Under the pieces are notes generated by a model. The model saw nothing but the letters and a program-made list of their open reading frames with translations. It was not told the DNA's origin and did no database searches. From Candidatus Limnocylindrales bacterium (GTDB lineage Bacteria; Chloroflexota; Dormibacteria; CF-121): 64,000 bases of DNA. A program made the translations under genes and the position numbers. The stretch is from positions 10,895-74,894 of the forward strand of contig DASQGL010000068.1 of NCBI GenBank assembly GCA_035632635.1, read 5' to 3'. Shown here in pieces: positions 60,106 to 64,000 of the stretch (its first letter is position 1; the number at the start of each line of letters is the position of its first letter).

Positions 60106-60663
60106 ATGGTGGGTCCCAATGAATTCCGCAACGGCATGACGATCGAATGGGAGGGTGAGCCCTACATCGTGCTGCAGTTCCAGCAGAGCCAGCTTGGCCG
60201 CGGCGACACATTCTTCCGGACCAAGCTGAAGCATCTGCGGAGCGGCGCCATCATCGAGCAGAAGTTCCGGGACAAGGACCGATTCCCGCGCGTTCGGATC
60301 GAACGCGTGCCGATGCAGTATCTCTACAGTGATGGCGACCGCCATTTCTTTATGGACAGCCAGACCTATGACCAGATCCCTCTCAGTGATGAGCAGCTGG
60401 GCGACGCCCTCAAGTATCTGAAGGAGAACGCTCCCATCGAAGTGCTCATGTACGAAGGTGCGCCGCTCGGCGTAGAGTTGCCAACGACGGTGGATCTGAA
60501 GGTGACCCAGACGGCGCCCGGGTTCAAAGGGGACACTGCCGCGGGCGGCGGGAAGCCCGCGACCCTGGAAACGGGCCTCATCCTGAACGTGCCCTTCTTC
60601 GTCAACACCGGGGACGTGATCCGGGTGGATACGCGCACCGCGTCGTACGTGGAGCGGGTCTGA
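60106..60663 (+). CDS. efp: Elongation factor P
   Basis: EFRNGMTIEWEGEPYIV...KPGKG-type loop; 185 aa. Confidence 0.95.
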   Translation: MVGPNEFRNGMTIEWEGEPYIVLQFQQSQLGRGDTFFRTKLKHLRSGAIIEQKFRDKDRFPRVRIERVPMQYLYSDGDRHFFMDSQTYDQIPLSDEQLGDALKYLKENAPIEVLMYEGAPLGVELPTTVDLKVTQTAPGFKGDTAAGGGKPATLETGLILNVPFFVNTGDVIRVDTRTASYVERV

Positions 60664-61013
60664 TGGCCGAGCGGGGGCTCGGGTCGGTCAAGGTGGCCAA
60701 CGAGGTCATCGCCCACATTGCCGCGCTCACCGCCGGCCAGGTCCAGGGCATCGCCGGCCTGTACCATGCCGGGGCCCGGGATGGACACCGGGCGCTGCCG
60801 CCCCAGGCCGGCTACAAGGGCGTGCGCGTCGACATGACCAACGACAGCTTGCGCCTCGAACTGTTCCTGATCGTCGATCACTCCGCCCACGTCCCGACGG
60901 TGGCCGCCGAGGTTCAGCGCCAGGTGGCGGATGCGATCGACAAGATGCTGGGCATCGAGGTCCGCCAGGTGGATGTCTTCATCGGCGATGTGCGTTTTCT
61001 CGGAGATCAGTAG
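60663..61013 (+). CDS. Asp23/Gls24 family protein (second paralog, YqhY-like slot upstream of nusB)
   Basis: 116 aa with Asp23-family pattern (VANEVIAHIAALTAGQVQGIAGL...). Confidence 0.75.
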   Translation: MAERGLGSVKVANEVIAHIAALTAGQVQGIAGLYHAGARDGHRALPPQAGYKGVRVDMTNDSLRLELFLIVDHSAHVPTVAAEVQRQVADAIDKMLGIEVRQVDVFIGDVRFLGDQ

Positions 61014-61052
61014 ACGGGCAGGCGACACCTGGCCCGGGAGCTCGCGCTGAAG

Positions 61053-61418
61053 GTGCTCTTCGAGCTGGAGGGTGATGGCAACGATCCCGAGCGTTCGCTC
61101 GCCTATCACGTCAAGGAGGCCCGTGCCGACACCCAGGTGACCGAGTTCGCGCGGCTGCTGATCCAGGGGGTCCTCGAGCATCGCGGCGAAATCGACCGGG
61201 AGCTGAGCCAGGCCTCGCAGAACTGGGGCCTCGACCAGATGGCCAAGGTGGAGCGAACGCTGCTGCGGATCGCCACGTTCGAGATCCGGTTCCTGCCCAG
61301 CGTGCCGCTCAAGGCCGCGATCAACGAGTCGATCGAGCTCGCCAAGACGTTTGGCGGACCGGATTCGGGAAAGTTCGTGAACGGCATTCTGGGCAAGATC
61401 GCCGAGCAGCCCCGCTGA
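61053..61418 (+). CDS. nusB: Transcription antitermination factor NusB. 61053 (GTG) is the first canonical start; the conserved N-terminus begins at about 61014, directly after the upstream TAG.
   Basis: (TG)RRHLARELALKVLFELE aligns with the NusB N-terminus; the rest is typical. Confidence 0.85.
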   Translation: MLFELEGDGNDPERSLAYHVKEARADTQVTEFARLLIQGVLEHRGEIDRELSQASQNWGLDQMAKVERTLLRIATFEIRFLPSVPLKAAINESIELAKTFGGPDSGKFVNGILGKIAEQPR

Positions 61419-61627
61419 TGCAGGACGACGTCGACGCGATGACCTACGAGGAGGCGGTCACCGAGCTCGAGCGTGCGGTCGCCCTGTTGGGCCGCGAGCA
61501 GGACGACCTGGAGCTCGCGGTTCGCACCTATGAGCGCGGCCTGGCCCTGGCGCGGCGGTGCGCGCGCCTCCTCGACGACGCCAGGCTGAGGCTGGACCAG
61601 ATCATCGAGCCGGGGGCGCCGGCATGA
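61418..61627 (+). CDS. xseB: Exodeoxyribonuclease VII small subunit
   Basis: 69 aa: MTYEEAVTELERAVALLGREQDDLELAVRTYERGLALARRC. Confidence 0.85.
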   Translation: MQDDVDAMTYEEAVTELERAVALLGREQDDLELAVRTYERGLALARRCARLLDDARLRLDQIIEPGAPA

Positions 61628-62067
61628 GCGCGCTCATCCACAACCCGTACTTCGTCGTACCGATGATCGCCTGGGCGATCGCGCAGCTGGGCAAGGTGAT
61701 CGTCGATTCCGTGCTCGCTCACCGCCTCAGCATCCGGCGGCTGGCGACGGCCGGCGGGATGCCGAGCTCCCACAGTGCGCTCGTCGTCTGCCTGACGACG
61801 GTGATCGCCCGCCTCCAGGGGGTGCAGAGCGCGCTCTTCGCCCTGTCCGTGATCTTCTCCGCGGTCGTGATGTACGACGCCACCGGTGTCCGGCGGGCCG
61901 CCGGCCAGCAGGCGATGATCTTGAACCGCCTCCTCGACGACCTCTTCATCGCCCACCAGGGCATCCGCCAGGAGCGCCTGCGCGAGCTGCTCGGCCACAC
62001 GCCGATCGAGGTCATCGCCGGCGCGCTGCTGGGCATCGTCATCGGATGGGGACTGACGCCTCGCTGA
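61624..62067 (+). CDS. DUF212 / acid-phosphatase-vanadium-haloperoxidase-related membrane protein (YuiD-like)
   Basis: Polytopic, with GMPSSHSA and a second His motif (FIAHQG). ATGA overlap with xseB. Confidence 0.65.
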   Translation: MSALIHNPYFVVPMIAWAIAQLGKVIVDSVLAHRLSIRRLATAGGMPSSHSALVVCLTTVIARLQGVQSALFALSVIFSAVVMYDATGVRRAAGQQAMILNRLLDDLFIAHQGIRQERLRELLGHTPIEVIAGALLGIVIGWGLTPR

Positions 62068-62792
62068 CCCGGGTGCGCCTCGACCAGGCGCTCGTCCTGC
62101 GGGGGCTCGTCGCCTCGCGCGAGCGCGGCCAGGCGCTGATCCAGGCGGGCCTGGTGCTGGTCGCGGGCGTGCGGGGCAGCCGCCCGGACCAGCTCGTCAG
62201 CCCGGACGTCGAGCTGGCGATTGAGGGAAGCCGGACCTACGTGAGCCGGGGCGGCGAGAAGCTGGCCGCCGCGCTCGACGCCTTCGGCTTCGACCCGGCT
62301 GGTCGCGTGGGCCTCGATGTGGGCGCCTCGACCGGCGGGTTCACGGACGTCTTGCTCCGCCGTGGCGCGGCCGGCGTCATCGCGCTCGATGTCGGGTACG
62401 GGCAGCTGGCCTGGGCGCTCCGGCAGGATCCCCGGGTGACCGTGCTCGAGCGCGTCAACATTCGCGAGCTGGAGCACCTCCCGCGCCCTGCCGACTTCGC
62501 CGTCATCGACGTCTCCTTCATCTCGCTCCGGCTCGTCCTCCCGCGCGTCGCCGCCCTGCTCGATTCGCCGGGCGACGTGATCGCGCTGGTCAAGCCGCAA
62601 TTCGAGGTCGGCAGGGGACAGGTGGGGAAGGGAGGGATCGTGCGGCGCCCCGAGCAGCACGAGGCGGTGCTGCAGGGGCTGCGGGCCTTCGCCACGGGCC
62701 TCGGCTATGCGGTGATCGGGGAGTGCCCCTCGCCGATCCTGGGCGCTCGGGGCAACCGCGAGTTCTTTCTGTTCCTTCGACCTACAGGGTGA
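62046..62792 (+). CDS. tlyA: TlyA family rRNA 2'-O-methyltransferase (hemolysin A-like)
   Basis: S4 domain N-terminus (RLDQALVLRGL), YVSRGGEKL, and FtsJ-like fold motifs. Confidence 0.85.
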   Translation: MGTDASLTRVRLDQALVLRGLVASRERGQALIQAGLVLVAGVRGSRPDQLVSPDVELAIEGSRTYVSRGGEKLAAALDAFGFDPAGRVGLDVGASTGGFTDVLLRRGAAGVIALDVGYGQLAWALRQDPRVTVLERVNIRELEHLPRPADFAVIDVSFISLRLVLPRVAALLDSPGDVIALVKPQFEVGRGQVGKGGIVRRPEQHEAVLQGLRAFATGLGYAVIGECPSPILGARGNREFFLFLRPTG

Positions 62793-63282
62793 ACCGGCGC
62801 ACGTAGGGATGCGGTCGGAGCGGCAACCCGAGCGCCGCCGCGAATCCCTTGAGATCGTGCTGGAGGGCGGCCCACGGGGCAAGCGTGATGTGAAACGCGG
62901 TCCGCCCGTCCCGGCGGACGAAGCGGCACTCCACCGCGCCGCGAAGAGGCGACCCGTACTGGATCTCGGCCAGCTCGGACCGCGGACAGCTGGTCGTCCG
63001 GCCCATCCAGCGGCGGGTGACGGAGGTGGCATCGGCGGTGACCACCGTGCTCCGGTTGGCGGCCACCATCAAGCCGGTGATCCCCGCCACGGCCGCCGTC
63101 ACCAGGGGAATCACGGCCAGGAAGATGAACAGCAGGCCGGAGCTGCCGGTCATGACCGCCAGCAGGCTGCCGAGGACCCCGATCAGGATCGGATAGAGCA
63201 GCACCTTGATCACGGCGAAGTGGATGCTCCACTGGTATGGGCGGAGAACGAGCAGGCTGGGCGGGGCGGTGGGCTCAGGCAC
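62782..63282 (-). CDS. Hypothetical membrane protein (2 TM + small soluble domain; possibly bacterial PH-like)
   Basis: 166 aa, convergent with tlyA (11-nt overlap). No recognisable catalytic motif. Confidence 0.45.
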   Translation of the reverse strand: MPEPTAPPSLLVLRPYQWSIHFAVIKVLLYPILIGVLGSLLAVMTGSSGLLFIFLAVIPLVTAAVAGITGLMVAANRSTVVTADATSVTRRWMGRTTSCPRSELAEIQYGSPLRGAVECRFVRRDGRTAFHITLAPWAALQHDLKGFAAALGLPLRPHPYVRRFTL

Positions 63283-63354
63283 GGCGATCGGACTAAGTAT
63301 GGATCGAGCCGTGGAGGGGTGACCGGGGGCTCATGGCATCATTACGGGGTTCCG

Positions 63355-64000
63355 ATGCAGGACGCAGTCGGGGTCATCCTCCACCCGCAGATCAAGGAAG
63401 ACACGCCCCCCATCCCCGAGGCCCGCGCCCGGCTCGAGCGCGAAGGTCTCCGGGTCTGGATGCACCGCGCCCATCGCAAGGATCCCAGCGACGCACTGGC
63501 CGAGGACCTGGGGCGGACGCGGCTCCTGATCTCGGTCGGCGGCGACGGGACGCTGCTCTGGACGGCGCGCCACGCCGCGGCCCATCGGGTCCCGATCCTC
63601 GGCGTCAACCACGGCCGGCTCGGGTTCCTGGTCCCCGTCCCCATGGCGCAGCTCGTGGTCGCGATCGAGCGCTGGCTGCGCGGCGACTTCGAGACCCAGG
63701 CCCGAACCCTGCTGGGAGCCGACGTCGAAGGGGTGCCGAACCGGCACCTGGCGCTCAACGACGTCGTGGTGCACAAGGGCGTCGACTTCAACTTGATCCG
63801 GATCGAGCTGGAGATCGACGGGCGCCCCGCCGGCGCGTTCGACGCGGATGGCGCCGTGGTCTCGACGGCCACCGGGTCGACCGGGTACGCCCTCTCCCTG
63901 GGCGGGCCGATCCTCAGCCCCGACGTGCGGGACATCGTCTTCCTGCCGCTGAACCCGCACAGTCTCTTCAACCGGGCGGTCGTGCTGCCGGAACGGGCCC
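63355..64000 (+). CDS. nadK: NAD+ kinase, 3'-truncated by the window end
   Basis: My own translation from the ATG at 63355: MQDAVGVILHPQ...LISVGGDGTLLWT...NDVVVHKG...STATGSTGYALSLGGPI. Confidence 0.85.
   Translation, partial: MQDAVGVILHPQIKEDTPPIPEARARLEREGLRVWMHRAHRKDPSDALAEDLGRTRLLISVGGDGTLLWTARHAAAHRVPILGVNHGRLGFLVPVPMAQLVVAIERWLRGDFETQARTLLGADVEGVPNRHLALNDVVVHKGVDFNLIRIELEIDGRPAGAFDADGAVVSTATGSTGYALSLGGPILSPDVRDIVFLPLNPHSLFNRAVVLPERA

Noticed and set aside
63331-63971. Two overlapping 209-aa minus-strand ORFs at the window end
   Set aside because: They are antisense to a clear NAD kinase reading frame (GGDGTLL, NDVVV, TGSTGYALSLGGPI) on the + strand.

Overview
This 64 kb window is about 70% GC and densely packed with housekeeping genes, mostly on the + strand. 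Its gene order closely matches the Bacillus/Firmicutes core neighbourhoods, with no rRNA, tRNA, CRISPR array or recognisable mobile element. The main blocks, in order:

- rpe ... rpmB (divergent) / Asp23 – YloV (DAK2) – DegV – recG – rsmD – coaD
- rpmF – fabD – fabG – acpP – rnc – smc – ftsY – ylxM – ffh – rpsP – KH – rimM – trmD – rplS – rnhB – yraN
- comM – dprA – topA
- rpsB – tsf – pyrH – frr – uppS – cdsA – dxr – rseP – ispG – proS – relA
- hisS – aspS
- alaS ... ruvX – DUF1292 – mltG – aroE – prepilin peptidase – bacterial PH protein – efp – Asp23 – nusB – xseB – DUF212 – tlyA ... nadK

The less conserved content sits in a few pockets:

- **alaS/ruvX insertion.** A two-gene insertion between alaS and ruvX: a divergent FtsA/PilM-like actin-fold ATPase plus a 554-aa single-pass membrane partner.
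- **Sigma module.** A stress sigma module made of a DUF948-like membrane protein, an RsbW-like anti-sigma that appears to have lost its ATP-binding motifs, and a SigB-type sigma factor.
- **Diguanylate cyclase.** A Pro/Thr-repeat membrane protein overlapping a large Cache-HAMP-GAF-GGDEF diguanylate cyclase.
- **His-rich protein.** A His-rich secreted protein followed by a clean intrinsic terminator.
- **Zinc ribbon.** A 61-aa zinc-ribbon ORF hidden in the over-extended N-terminus of a NUDIX gene.

Two genome-wide oddities recur.

- **Start codons.** At least six or seven genes (rnc, fabD, nusB, dprA, the sigma factor, the MFS transporter, possibly rnhB) have clearly conserved N-terminal residues encoded upstream of the first in-frame ATG/GTG/TTG. 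In two of them (fabD, nusB) the conserved N-terminus follows an in-frame TAG stop of the upstream gene.
- **Promoter geometry.** Many genes carry a TATACT/TATAAT/GATAAT -10 hexamer only 1–11 nt upstream of the start codon, which points to leaderless or near-leaderless transcripts.

All product assignments rest on recognising conserved motifs and synteny from the translations. No database search was run.
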